Source: Candidatus Eremiobacteraceae bacterium
GTDB lineage: Bacteria; Vulcanimicrobiota; Vulcanimicrobiia; Eremiobacterales; Eremiobacteraceae
Length of the DNA: 64,000 nt
Assembly (NCBI GenBank): GCA_036511855.1
Contig: DATCBN010000015.1
Location: forward strand, 1,566 to 65,565
Reading direction: 5' to 3'
The translations under genes were made by a program, and so were the position numbers. Position 1 is the first letter of the stretch. Every line of letters starts with the position of its first letter. Positions 1 to 9,472 of this stretch are shown here, one piece after another. The notes beneath the pieces were generated by a model that saw only the letters and a program-made list of their open reading frames with translations, did no database searches and was not told where the DNA came from.

Positions 1-673
1 CGCCGGCACGGCAGAGATCCAAGGACGCCCGGCGTTCGACATCCTCGTCACGCTCCGAGACGATTTTGCGAAGCACCTCTACATCGACCAGACGACGTAT
101 TTGATCGTCGCGTCGCGCCAGACCGCGAAAGTGCACGCGTTCGGCAGTCGCGTCACCAGTCAAACGTTGTTCGGCGGCTATCGCCGCGTGGCCGGCGTAT
201 TGCTGCCGACCACTTCGCGCGAGGTCGATCTGGCAACCGGTAGAGAGCTCAATCGACTGACGTGGACGAACGTCGTCGCGAATCGTCCTATTTCCATATC
301 CGCGTTCTCGCCGCCGAGGTTCACCCGCACGCCGCTCTCCGCGCTGCTCGAAGATCTATACGACCATCGCGATGACGCGCGGTACGACGCGCAGGCGTAC
401 GAATCGTTTCGCCGTCGCGCCGCAGGTGTGAACACCGAGTCGGCAATCGAATTCATCGGCTATCAGATATTGAAGACGGGCGTCAGCGCATCGGCCATCG
501 CGCTTCTCTCAAAAAACGCGCGTGAATATCCGCGTTCCGCCGATGCGCAGTTCGGTCTCGGCCGCGCGTATCGAACCGCGGGCCTTTCGCGTTTGGCGGT
601 CGCGGCATTCCGCCAGGCCTTGCGCCTCAAACCAAACGGTGCGCGCGCGCGAGATGCGTTGAAGCAGTCGTAA
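1..673 (+). CDS. hypothetical protein, C-terminal TPR-like repeats (5' partial, continues off-window)
   Basis: Frame 2 is open from the window edge to the stop at 673; the track start at 101 is only the first TTG. The C-terminal part is TPR-like ('FGLGRAYRTAGLSRLAVAAFRQALRLKPN'). Confidence 0.6.
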   Translation, partial: AGTAEIQGRPAFDILVTLRDDFAKHLYIDQTTYLIVASRQTAKVHAFGSRVTSQTLFGGYRRVAGVLLPTTSREVDLATGRELNRLTWTNVVANRPISISAFSPPRFTRTPLSALLEDLYDHRDDARYDAQAYESFRRRAAGVNTESAIEFIGYQILKTGVSASAIALLSKNAREYPRSADAQFGLGRAYRTAGLSRLAVAAFRQALRLKPNGARARDALKQS

Positions 674-891
674 GCGTACCGACGAGGCGGTCAGTAGCGG
701 CGTTCGCCCTCAGGTCTTGAGATCGCACATGCGATCGTGGCGAGAAGGAGCGTGCCGGCCAGCAATACAGAGATCATAATCCCATCCTTTCGAGGCGGAA
801 GCGCGGCCTCATCATAACCGCTCAGCGTCGCGCCACCGTCCGAGCCAAACCGAGGACCGCGTCGAGCGCGAACAGAACCCATGGCGAGCTT

Positions 892-3800
892 GTGGAGCGG
901 AAGGGTATTGGGCCCGTGCAGCATGCTGCCGGCGATCCGAGTCGTCTAAGAATCCATCTCTTCGGGCGGCCCCGTTTTGTGGCGGACGGACAGCCGTACA
1001 AGTTCCGTGGGCCGGCCAAGGCGCTCAATTTCTTGGCCTATTTGCTCCTGCATCGGGGCACCCACGTCACCCGCGAATCTTTGGCCTTCACGTTGTTTCC
1101 CGACGACGCCGAAGAGATCGCGCGCGCGAATCTGCGGCGGCTGCTCTACGTCACGCAGAATGCGCTTCCCGTCATCGATCAGATGCGCTGGATCGAAGCG
1201 CACGACGAGACCGTCGCGTGGAATGACGGCGCACCGGCCTGGCTCGACGTCGCGGAGTTCGAGCGCCTTGCGGCGTCGCACGATGACGCGGCGGCAGCAG
1301 TGGAACTGCACACCGGCGAATTGCTGGACGGGCTCTACGACGACTGGCTCTTCCCATTTCGCGAACGATACCGGCAGAATTACGTCAGCGCTCTCTATCG
1401 GTTGGTCCTCGAAGCGCGGCGCTCGCGAGACTTCCGTCTAGCCGTCTCGTACGCGAACCGTTTGCTCGCCGATGATCCGTTCCGCGAGGATGTCGTCCGT
1501 CAGCTTCTTTCCGCGCTGTACGAATCGGGCGACCGCGCCGGTGCACTGTCGGCTTTCGATGCGTTCGGCGAACGGCTTCGCAAAGAACTTCAAGTAGAAC
1601 CGATGCCGGAGACGGTAACGCTGCGCGACCGGATTTGGCGCGGCGGAACGGCCGATGAGCAGACCGCTGAGATTTCCGAGGGGCCGCTCGAGCGAATGCC
1701 GGCCATGGGCGGCATGATGGTCGGTCGCGACGCCGAAATCGAACAGCTTCAAGAATACTGGAGCAGGTCGGCGCAAGGCCGCGGCCGTCTGGTCTTCGTC
1801 GCCGGTGAAGCCGGCATCGGCAAGTCGAGGCTCGTGAGCGAGCTTGCGCTCGTTGCCGAAGCTCAAGGGGCGCGCGTGCTGTGGGGCGCCACAACGTCGC
1901 CGGAAAATGCCCCGTTTCAGGCGTTGGCGGATGCGCTGCGTTCGGCATTGCCGCTCATCTCGGCCGTCGAACTCGATCCCGTGCGCCTCGCAGCCATCGC
2001 GCGCATCGTGCCCGACATCCGGGCGCACCGGCCGGACTTGCCCGAACTCGATGCGCTGGAACCCGAAGCCGACCTCCTGCGGCTCTTCGACGCATTGGCT
2101 TCGCTGATCGGAGCGCTCGCACGGCCGCGGCCCTTGCTCTTGATCTTGGAAGACGGGCATTGGGCCGGACGAACTTCTGCGTCGGCGCTTGAGTACATCG
2201 CGCGCGCATGCAGCGGCACCGCATCGCTGATCGTCTGCACGTTCCGGACCGAGGATGCTGGAACGGCCCATCCGCTGCGGGCGGTGCGCAAGCGGCTGCA
2301 GCAGGATCGGCTATCGGGCTATGTCGCGGTCGGCCGGCTGACGGAAGCGGACGTGAGGACGCTCGTGTGTGCGCGCGCGTCGATCGCTCCGCGCGCAGAC
2401 GAGATCGTCGCGAAGCTCCATGCCCGCAGCGCGGGGAATCCGCTTTTCCTTGTGGAGGCGATGCGGGATCTCGGTGATGAGTCCGAGCCTACACCACCGT
2501 CGGAGAACGGCGTTCGCGATTTGATCAATGGGCGCTGCGAACGGCTGTCCGCCGATGGGCGCGTGTTGGCTGAGATGTGCGCGACCATCGGCGACGCCTT
2601 CGACGTCGACGTGCTTCGCGAAGTCAGCGGATGGGATGAAGACGTGCTGTTGGACGGTCTCGGCGAGCTGCAGGATCGGACACTGATCCGAGAAGGGGGC
2701 GGGCGAAGCCGCTACGACTACGTGTTCACCCACAGCTTGGTGCGCGAAGCCATCTACGCGAGGAGCGATCCGGAATCCACGAGACGCCGCCACCGGCGCA
2801 TTGCGCGCGTTCTCGAAATCGCGCATGCGCCCCGGCTTGCCGACGTCGCCGGAGAGATCGCGCGGCATCACGACCGGGGCGGCAGCCGGGAGAGAGCGGC
2901 TGCGCTTTACCGGACCGCCGCCACCGCCGCATTTGAAGTCGCAGCGCTCGACGAGGCTCTTTCGTTTGCCGAAAGCGGCCTGTCGGTGGTGGACGATGCA
3001 GGCCTTCGCTTCGAGCTATTGAGCATCGTCGATGACGTGCACGCTCGCCGCGCCGAACATCGCAAGCGCAGCGCCGGCATCGACGAGCTGACCGCGTTGG
3101 CGCAAACGTTCGCCGACCCCGCGCGGCTCTTCGACGGCCTGGAACGGCGCTTCCATCACGCCCTCGCGACGGAAGACCGCGCGACGGCCCGCGCGACGCT
3201 TGATGAATTACGCACCGCAGCCGCCGGGGAACGCGCGCCGAGCACGAGTGAAATCCGAGTACTGCTGTGCGCCGCCGAACTTGAAGCCGCGGGCGGAAAC
3301 TACGAATCATCGCGCGAGCTGGCCCATCGCGCGTTATTGCTCTCAGAAAACATCGACGACAAGGCGCTCCAATTGACGTGCGTGTCGCGAATCGTCGAAG
3401 CGGCCGCCCAGCAAGACAGCTTGCAGGAGCTTCGCGCGATATTGGACCGCTTCAATGCGCTCTCAGCCGGCGCGAAGCCGTCGGCTCTGGTCGGAGTGAC
3501 GGCCGCGGCGGCGAACGCGGCACACGCGCTCCTGGCCTATCGCGACTGTAAGGCGCTGCAGGAGAAACGGTTGAACGCCGCGCGCGCGATCGGCGATAGG
3601 ATGGGCGAGGCGGCGGCCCTGCGCGGCCTTGGGGCCGCGGCGAACGAGCTCTTCGAGATCGAGCAGGCCCGCGAATTCTACCGCCAAGCGAACGAACTAT
3701 ACCGCCAGCTTGGCTGTCGCCGGGAACAAGCGGTCCTCGCGCACGATCAGGCCCTGCTCGACCTCAAGACGGGAAAGCTCACGCAAGCGATGGCGGAATT

Positions 3801-4425
3801 CGCGGATCTTGAGAAGACTTTCGCGGCTCTGGGATTCGCGCGCGGCGAGGGGTATGCGGCGATGAATCTCAGCGCGACCGCCACCTTCGTCGGCAGGGCC
3901 GACATCGCGGCCTCAGCCGCGCGACGATGTCTCGCGATCGCGGATCGGGAGAAACTTTCCGCCATCCGCTGCTCGGCGCTCACCAATCTCGGGGTTGCCG
4001 AACGGATTCGCGGCGATTTCGACAAGGCCGTGGACCATTTAGAGGAAGCGTGCCGGCTCGCCCGCGCGCTCGGCCTCGAGAAAGAAGTCCTCGATATTCT
4101 CGCCGAACTTGCGGCAGCGCGCCTGAAGAAGGGCGACCGCGATGGCGCGCTGGAAGCGGCGCGCGAAGTGGCGGCAAACCGGAGCCGGATAGACTCGGAG
4201 TTCCGGTTTCCCGAAACCGCGCTCTTCCACACCGCCCAAGTCCTCACGGCATGCGGCGAAGCGGGCGGGCTCGAATTGCTCGCGGCCGCGCACGATGAAG
4301 TCGAGCGCAGATCGGCCTCGTTTCGCGACCTGGATTCACGGCGGGGCTACACCTCCATACCATTTGTCGCTGAGATCAAAGCCGCGTATGCGGAATCCAA
4401 ATCGGAGTCGATCGTCCACCGCTAG
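892..4425 (+). CDS. SARP/AfsR-family transcriptional regulator (winged-helix + BTAD + P-loop NTPase + TPR)
   Basis: N-terminal OmpR/SARP-type wHTH ('LRIHLFGRPRFVADGQP'). BTAD segment ('DPFREDVVRQLLSALYESGDRAGALSAFDAFGERLRKELQVEP'). Walker A 'GEAGIGKSRL' and Walker B-like 'LLLILEDGHWA'. Roughly 500 aa of helical TPR-like C-terminus. Start is GTG 892 or in-frame GTG 916. Confidence 0.85.
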   Translation: MERKGIGPVQHAAGDPSRLRIHLFGRPRFVADGQPYKFRGPAKALNFLAYLLLHRGTHVTRESLAFTLFPDDAEEIARANLRRLLYVTQNALPVIDQMRWIEAHDETVAWNDGAPAWLDVAEFERLAASHDDAAAAVELHTGELLDGLYDDWLFPFRERYRQNYVSALYRLVLEARRSRDFRLAVSYANRLLADDPFREDVVRQLLSALYESGDRAGALSAFDAFGERLRKELQVEPMPETVTLRDRIWRGGTADEQTAEISEGPLERMPAMGGMMVGRDAEIEQLQEYWSRSAQGRGRLVFVAGEAGIGKSRLVSELALVAEAQGARVLWGATTSPENAPFQALADALRSALPLISAVELDPVRLAAIARIVPDIRAHRPDLPELDALEPEADLLRLFDALASLIGALARPRPLLLILEDGHWAGRTSASALEYIARACSGTASLIVCTFRTEDAGTAHPLRAVRKRLQQDRLSGYVAVGRLTEADVRTLVCARASIAPRADEIVAKLHARSAGNPLFLVEAMRDLGDESEPTPPSENGVRDLINGRCERLSADGRVLAEMCATIGDAFDVDVLREVSGWDEDVLLDGLGELQDRTLIREGGGRSRYDYVFTHSLVREAIYARSDPESTRRRHRRIARVLEIAHAPRLADVAGEIARHHDRGGSRERAAALYRTAATAAFEVAALDEALSFAESGLSVVDDAGLRFELLSIVDDVHARRAEHRKRSAGIDELTALAQTFADPARLFDGLERRFHHALATEDRATARATLDELRTAAAGERAPSTSEIRVLLCAAELEAAGGNYESSRELAHRALLLSENIDDKALQLTCVSRIVEAAAQQDSLQELRAILDRFNALSAGAKPSALVGVTAAAANAAHALLAYRDCKALQEKRLNAARAIGDRMGEAAALRGLGAAANELFEIEQAREFYRQANELYRQLGCRREQAVLAHDQALLDLKTGKLTQAMAEFADLEKTFAALGFARGEGYAAMNLSATATFVGRADIAASAARRCLAIADREKLSAIRCSALTNLGVAERIRGDFDKAVDHLEEACRLARALGLEKEVLDILAELAAARLKKGDRDGALEAAREVAANRSRIDSEFRFPETALFHTAQVLTACGEAGGLELLAAAHDEVERRSASFRDLDSRRGYTSIPFVAEIKAAYAESKSESIVHR

Positions 4426-4491
4426 ATAATACAATCGGCCTGCCGCGCAAATCCAAAACGGGCTTTGAGGCATCGAGCCGAATCGTCGCCC

Positions 4492-5424
4492 ATGACGAAA
4501 GCGGACACATCCCAGTTGATGATCTGGACGGCCATGATCATCGTCTATGTTGTGTGGGGTTCGACCTATTTAGCGATCAGGATCGCGGTCGAATCGATGC
4601 CTCCGCTGCTGATGGCCGGTGTCCGGTTCCTCATCGCGGGCAGCATCTTATTCGTGTGGCGCAAAGTGGCGCTCGGACGGACGGCGCCCCGGCTCACCGC
4701 TCGCCATTGGCAATCGGCTGCACTCATCGGCGCAGGACTCATGCTCGGCGGCAACGGCGGCGTCGCGGTCGCCGAGCGGACCATCCCATCGGGCATCACA
4801 GCGCTCGTCGCCGCCACCGTGCCGTTGTGGATAGCGCTCCTCGATCGCGTTTGGTTCAAGCACGCGCTGCCGGTCCAACGGATCGCCGGACTTGTGATCG
4901 GATTCGGAGCCGTCGCGCTCCTCGTGGGAAGACCCGATGCTGGTGCGATGAATATTTTCGGCGCTGTGACCGCCGTGTTCGCCGCCGTCGCGTGGGCCGC
5001 GGGCTCGCTTTACGCGCGCAGCGCGGAATTGCCCGACGACCCATCGACGGCGATCGGCATGGAGATGCTCGCGGGCGGCATCTTGCTCATCATCGCGGCG
5101 TTGGCAGGCGGCGAATTTGGCGACCCGGTGCTGCTGCACCCGACCGCGGCCTCCTGGTGGGCGTTCTGGTATCTTGTGGTCTTCGGGGCCCTCGTGGGAT
5201 TCAGCGCGTATCTGTGGCTGCTGCGCGTCGCGCCGATCGCGCGCGTGTCCACGTACGCGTACGTCAATCCGTTGGTCGCGGTCGCACTGGGCTGGTTGAT
5301 CTTGCGCGAACCCATCGGGCCGCATACCATCGCGGCGGGCGCTGCCATTTTGATCGCGGTCGCGCTCATCATCTGGGAGCCGAACACAAAACGAGCCGGG
5401 GACTTTGATTTAACCGGCGGATAA
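4492..5424 (+). CDS. EamA/DMT-family transporter
   Basis: About 10 hydrophobic helices in two EamA-like halves, with a 'VVWGSTYLAIRIAV' type N-terminal motif. ATG 4492 preferred over the upstream TTG 4465 of the track ORF. Confidence 0.85.
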   Translation: MTKADTSQLMIWTAMIIVYVVWGSTYLAIRIAVESMPPLLMAGVRFLIAGSILFVWRKVALGRTAPRLTARHWQSAALIGAGLMLGGNGGVAVAERTIPSGITALVAATVPLWIALLDRVWFKHALPVQRIAGLVIGFGAVALLVGRPDAGAMNIFGAVTAVFAAVAWAAGSLYARSAELPDDPSTAIGMEMLAGGILLIIAALAGGEFGDPVLLHPTAASWWAFWYLVVFGALVGFSAYLWLLRVAPIARVSTYAYVNPLVAVALGWLILREPIGPHTIAAGAAILIAVALIIWEPNTKRAGDFDLTGG

Positions 5425-5495
5425 CTATGGCTTAATCGAACGGGTCTATGCTAGGTGCGTACCACTACGGTTCACTTCCGAAAGGATCCGTTAGT

Positions 5496-6497
5496 ATGAA
5501 GGCTCATTTTGCCGCAATCGCCGCTGCGGCAGCGGCGGCTTGCTGTCTCTCGATGTCGCAGACCGCATCGGCGGCCGTGCGGCCGCTCGACCGCGTGTTC
5601 ATCATCTTTATGGAAAATCAGGGATTCGACAACGTCGTCGGCCATCTCGACGCCAACAACAATCCGGACACCCCGTTCATCACGCACCTTGCGGAGCGAT
5701 ACGGCCTCGCGACGCTCGAATTCGGCGTCACCCATCCAAGCCTGCCGAACTACGTCTCTTTGATCTCAGGCGACTACTACGGAATCCAAGACGACAACCC
5801 GTCTTGCTATGCCAAACCCACGCCTCAGCCGCCGTGCGACAAGATCGACGCGACGAACATCGTCGACGAGCTCGAAGGAGCCGGCATATCGTGGACGGCG
5901 TTCGAGCAGACCATGCCGACGCCCGGTTATCTCGGCGTGCAGTTCCCGAAGACCGGCGCACCGCTGTACGCGCAAAAGCACAACCCGTTCGTCTATTTCA
6001 GGGATATCGCCAATAACCCGGCCCGGCTTGCGAAGATCGTGCCGCTCCCGAACATGGACGCACTCTTGCAAGCGCTCGCGGGCGGGAGAACGGCGCCGCG
6101 TTACGTCCTGATCGTGCCGGACCAATGCCACGACATGCACGGCCAAACGCCGTGTTCGGATCCCGACCGTCTCCTGGTCCAGGGCGATATCTACGTGAAG
6201 AATCTGATCCATACCATCAACAATTCGCCTGCATACACGAAGAACTCGGCGATATTTTTGACCTGGGACGAAAACGACTTCTCGTCGTTCCTCGGATGCT
6301 GCGACTCGCCGGCGATCGGCGGCGGCCACATCGCGACCATCGTCATCACGCAGCGCACGACCAAACCAATACAGACCGCGACGTTCTACAATCACTACTC
6401 GATCCTGTCGACGATTGAACAGTCGTTCGGCTTGGGGCTCCTCGGGCATACCAAAGACACCGCCAACGTCGTTCCCCTCACCGATCTGCTGCCATAG
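5496..6497 (+). CDS. secreted phosphoesterase-family protein (acid phosphatase / phospholipase C-like, PF04185-type)
   Basis: Signal peptide 'MKAHFAAIAAAAAAACCLSMSQTASA'. Motifs 'FIIFMENQGFDNVVG', 'HPSLPNYVSLISGD', 'KHNPFVYF', 'LTWDENDF'. AAAGGA lies 10 nt upstream of ATG 5496. Confidence 0.8.
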   Translation: MKAHFAAIAAAAAAACCLSMSQTASAAVRPLDRVFIIFMENQGFDNVVGHLDANNNPDTPFITHLAERYGLATLEFGVTHPSLPNYVSLISGDYYGIQDDNPSCYAKPTPQPPCDKIDATNIVDELEGAGISWTAFEQTMPTPGYLGVQFPKTGAPLYAQKHNPFVYFRDIANNPARLAKIVPLPNMDALLQALAGGRTAPRYVLIVPDQCHDMHGQTPCSDPDRLLVQGDIYVKNLIHTINNSPAYTKNSAIFLTWDENDFSSFLGCCDSPAIGGGHIATIVITQRTTKPIQTATFYNHYSILSTIEQSFGLGLLGHTKDTANVVPLTDLLP

Positions 6498-6526
6498 ACA
6501 TCAGACAGCCAAACCCGCTCCCGTAT

Positions 6527-6556
6527 CGCCATCTGGACCCGTTGGTCCAGATGGCG
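6527..6556 (+). terminator. perfect 13-bp stem / 4-nt loop hairpin downstream of the phosphoesterase gene (no U-tract)
   Basis: CGCCATCTGGACC-CGTT-GGTCCAGATGGCG begins 30 nt after the stop at 6497. It lacks a T-run, so it is terminator-like only. Confidence 0.45.
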
Positions 6557-6625
6557 GTGTAACAGCCGTCACACTAGCACGGTCGTACTCTGGCAAGGCC
6601 AAGACTTGGCTAAAAGAGGTCGACC

Positions 6626-7084
6626 ATGCTCCGAACGGGTCGCGCGTTCACGCTCATCGAGTTGATGATCGTCATCGGGATCATCGCCGTCCTCGCGGCT
6701 ATCCTCATCCCGAATTTCCTGCATGCGCGAGCCGAGTCCGTGTCCGCGGCGTGCGAAGCCAACGAGAAGCAGATAGCCACCGCTCTCGAAGAATACGCGG
6801 TCGACAACAGCGGACAATATCCGGGCGCAGGGACGATCGACGTCGCGATGTTCGGCGGGCCGGGCAATGCTTATCTGGGTGAGACGCCCACCGATCCCGC
6901 CGACCGGCTGGACTACGCTCTCGTGGAACCCGGCTTTGGCGCGTGCTTAAACTCCGAAGCGTACAAGATAAAAGACAACAACGACCACGATTCGACGACG
7001 CTCACCGGCCTCAACGGCTATGTGCCCGGCGTCTCGGGCGTGCGGTATTGTCAGAGCTCAGGTCTTCACGCATCCACCGACTAA
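6626..7084 (+). CDS. prepilin-type N-terminal cleavage/methylation domain protein (type IV pilin / T2SS pseudopilin-like)
   Basis: N-terminus 'MLRTGRAFTLIELMIVIGIIAVLAAILIPNF' is the class III signal plus hydrophobic helix of pilins. AGAGG lies upstream of the ATG. Confidence 0.8.
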   Translation: MLRTGRAFTLIELMIVIGIIAVLAAILIPNFLHARAESVSAACEANEKQIATALEEYAVDNSGQYPGAGTIDVAMFGGPGNAYLGETPTDPADRLDYALVEPGFGACLNSEAYKIKDNNDHDSTTLTGLNGYVPGVSGVRYCQSSGLHASTD

Positions 7085-7665
7085 GACGACGCGGCAGAAC
7101 GCCTCCGCCAGATCGCGAACATGCCGACTGCGAGCAGTTCGAGCGCGCTCAAGCCGCTGCTGATCCACAGGTCAACCGCGCTGTTTTGAGCAGCCGACGA
7201 CGGATTCGCGTCGGTGGGAACCGTGCGGGTTCCGTCGCCGACAAGGACCGCGCGGCCGCGAAAGGTCTGGATCAAGACGCGATCGCCTGCTTGGGCTGAA
7301 TTCCACAAGGCGGCCGCCGCATCGCCATCGAGCGTTGCGAGATATTCGGCGCCGGCATCCGTGCGCAACCCGAGCACGTAACGCGTGAGCCCGGCGACGC
7401 CCTGCGATATTGTATCCTTCTCCGTCACCATCGCGCCGGCGACGGCGCAGGGCGCACCGTTGCGCAAGGGATCGGGGATCGGCCGCAGCGGCTGCGGCAA
7501 CCCGTGCGCCGCCGTTCCCGAACAGCCCGCGCTCGAGACATACGCGGTCGCCGCTGCGGCGAGCGGCGGACGAGCCAGCGCGAAAACGAAAAACGTGACC
7601 GGCGCGATCAGCAGGGCCGCCGCCACTGCGACACCGAGAGCGACGAGCAGGACGGATCTAGACAT
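7081..7665 (-). CDS. hypothetical membrane protein (N- and C-terminal TM helices), last gene of the ECF/ABC operon
   Basis: The ATG overlaps the stop of the upstream permease by 8 nt. TM segments 'VLLVALGVAVAAALLIAPVTFFVFAL' and 'LSALELLAVGMFAIW'. No recognisable family. Confidence 0.55.
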   Translation of the reverse strand: MSRSVLLVALGVAVAAALLIAPVTFFVFALARPPLAAAATAYVSSAGCSGTAAHGLPQPLRPIPDPLRNGAPCAVAGAMVTEKDTISQGVAGLTRYVLGLRTDAGAEYLATLDGDAAAALWNSAQAGDRVLIQTFRGRAVLVGDGTRTVPTDANPSSAAQNSAVDLWISSGLSALELLAVGMFAIWRRRSAASS

Positions 7666-8506
7666 CGCGCCGCTCGAACGACGTCACGGCCGTGACCAGC
7701 ATGACGACGATCCAGGCCGCCGTCCATATGAGATACGCTTGCGTGGGCGGCGAGGTGACCGTGATCGGGTCGAATCTGAGCTGTGTGCTCGCAGCCGCCA
7801 ACGCCACCGGTTCGAGGCTGTAGCTCGCGCCGCGCCACATGCCGCCGGACGGAATGATCAGACTGATGATCGTGCACGCGGTGCGGATCGCATCATTATT
7901 GTAGGCGGCAGCCAGTCCGTCGGCGACCTGACCGATCCACGAGATGCCGTAGAGAGCGACGGCGACGATTCCGACGGCGATCGGCGAAAAGCGCGTGCTT
8001 CCCGCAAGCGCGAGGGCGAGCAGGACGAGCGCGCCCGCGGAAAGATAGAGCATCGCTTGGACCGGATGCGGCGGCATGTAGCCGGTGTAGAAATTCACGA
8101 CGGCGAATTCGAGCGATCCCGTCAAGAAGACGAAGCTGACGGTGACGACGGCAACGCCCAAAAACTTTCCGAGCACGACGTCGCGCCGCCGGATGGGCCG
8201 TGGCAGGATGGCGAGCGCGACGCCGCCTTCGATCTCGTTCGCGATCGCCGGCGCGGCCAGAAACGCAGCGCCGATCGCAAGCACCATGCCGAACATGTGC
8301 GCGAGCAGGATGACTTGCATCGAATTTGCCAAGGCCTCGTCGCCGCGCGTGATCGTCGCTGCATGCGCGAGCGCATAGAGATGCAGCTTGTGAAAGGCCC
8401 AGCCGGTCAGCGCGATGCAGCCGGCCGTCAGCACGGCCACGGCGGCGATCACGCGGCGCCGCACGAGTTCTGCAACGGCGAGACTAGCGATGATCAGGAT
8501 CGGCAT
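7658..8506 (-). CDS. ABC-2 type transporter permease
   Basis: Multi-TM protein with 'ANEIEGGVALAILPRPIRRRDVVLGKFLG', typical of ABC-2/NosY-like permeases. ATG 8506 ('MPILIIASLAV') chosen; it overlaps the ATPase stop by 23 nt. The track ORF extends to 8611. Confidence 0.75.
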   Translation of the reverse strand: MPILIIASLAVAELVRRRVIAAVAVLTAGCIALTGWAFHKLHLYALAHAATITRGDEALANSMQVILLAHMFGMVLAIGAAFLAAPAIANEIEGGVALAILPRPIRRRDVVLGKFLGVAVVTVSFVFLTGSLEFAVVNFYTGYMPPHPVQAMLYLSAGALVLLALALAGSTRFSPIAVGIVAVALYGISWIGQVADGLAAAYNNDAIRTACTIISLIIPSGGMWRGASYSLEPVALAAASTQLRFDPITVTSPPTQAYLIWTAAWIVVMLVTAVTSFERRDV

Positions 8507-9401
8507 CGTCGGGCTCTTGCAATAATGCGAGAAAGCGGTCTTCGAGCGTTTGCGATTCGGGCACGACCGACCGTATGCGTGCGCCGGCGGCCACAAGCGC
8601 CGCAACGACATCCGGTATGCGTCCGGCCTCGACGCCGCCGATCACGATCTCTGTTCCGCCGGCGCGCTCGACGATGCCGAATCCCGACGCCGCGGCGGAT
8701 TGCGCGTCGGATGCGGCCTCGACACCGATGCGCACGCGGCGCGAACCGCCGATGAGTTCGGCCAGCGTTCCAAGCGAGACGACGCGGCCGCGATCGACCA
8801 CCGCGACGCGATCGCAGACCAGCTCGACTTCACTGAGCATGTGCGAATTGAGAAAGACGGTCGCGCCGCGCGCCTTGAGCGAACGGAGCACCTCGCGCAC
8901 GTCGCGCCGGCCGACCGGATCAAGCGCGGAGGTCGGTTCGTCGAGAAAGACGACATCGGGCTCCGCGACGAGCGCCACCGCGAGGCCGAGGCGCTGCTGC
9001 ATTCCTTTCGAATACGTGCCGACCCGGTCGTCGCGGCGAGCGGTGAGGCCGGCCAGCTCGAGCGACGCGTCGATGGCGCCGGAGCGACGGACGCGCGGCA
9101 ACCCGGCGAGCGCGCAATGCAATGCCAGCACTTCACGCGCCGTCAGCCAGTCCTGATAGCGGAAAAGCTCCGGAAGATAACCGATGCGGCGGCGCATCTC
9201 GAGGTCGGACGGCGGCGCGCCCAACACGCGCGCCTCACCGGAGGTCGGCCGCGCGAGGCCGAGCAGCAGCTTGACCGCCGTCGTCTTGCCGGCGCCGTTC
9301 GGCCCCAGAAAGCCGAATATCTCGCCGCGCGGCACGGACATGCTCAAGCCAGCGAGTGCCGTCACCGGGCCGTATCGTTTCGTCAGGACGTCGGTTCGCA
9401 C
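8484..9401 (-). CDS. ABC transporter ATP-binding protein
   Basis: Walker A 'GPNGAGKTT', signature 'YSKGMQQRL', Walker B 'VVFLDEPTSALD'. GTG 9401 ('VRTDVLTKRYGP') proposed as start. The track ORF reaches 9557 but would overlap the anti-sigma gene. Confidence 0.85.
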   Translation of the reverse strand: MRTDVLTKRYGPVTALAGLSMSVPRGEIFGFLGPNGAGKTTAVKLLLGLARPTSGEARVLGAPPSDLEMRRRIGYLPELFRYQDWLTAREVLALHCALAGLPRVRRSGAIDASLELAGLTARRDDRVGTYSKGMQQRLGLAVALVAEPDVVFLDEPTSALDPVGRRDVREVLRSLKARGATVFLNSHMLSEVELVCDRVAVVDRGRVVSLGTLAELIGGSRRVRIGVEAASDAQSAAASGFGIVERAGGTEIVIGGVEAGRIPDVVAALVAAGARIRSVVPESQTLEDRFLALLQEPDDADPDHR

Positions 9402-9472
9402 CGCGGCCGGCCGCCGCTGATCCGCAGCCGGACCGCGTAGATCCGTCGGCTCGCGAGCCTCGGGCGCAGTGC

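Noticed and set aside
4554-5408. 284-aa alternative-frame ORF inside the EamA gene
   Set aside because: Arg/Gly/Asp-rich and non-membrane-like, in a different frame on the same strand as a transporter with a clear hydrophobic periodicity.
6571-6611. Degenerate REP-like sequence GTACTCTGGCAAGGCCAAGACTTGGC upstream of the pilin gene
   Set aside because: It resembles the REP head (GTACT) and has a 5-bp GCCAA/TTGGC hairpin, but the stem sequence differs from the family consensus. That is too weak to count as a copy.
7385-8755. 456-aa plus-strand ORF across the ABC permease/ATPase genes
   Set aside because: Extremely Arg/Asp/Gly-rich low-complexity translation, antisense to a well-supported ABC operon.
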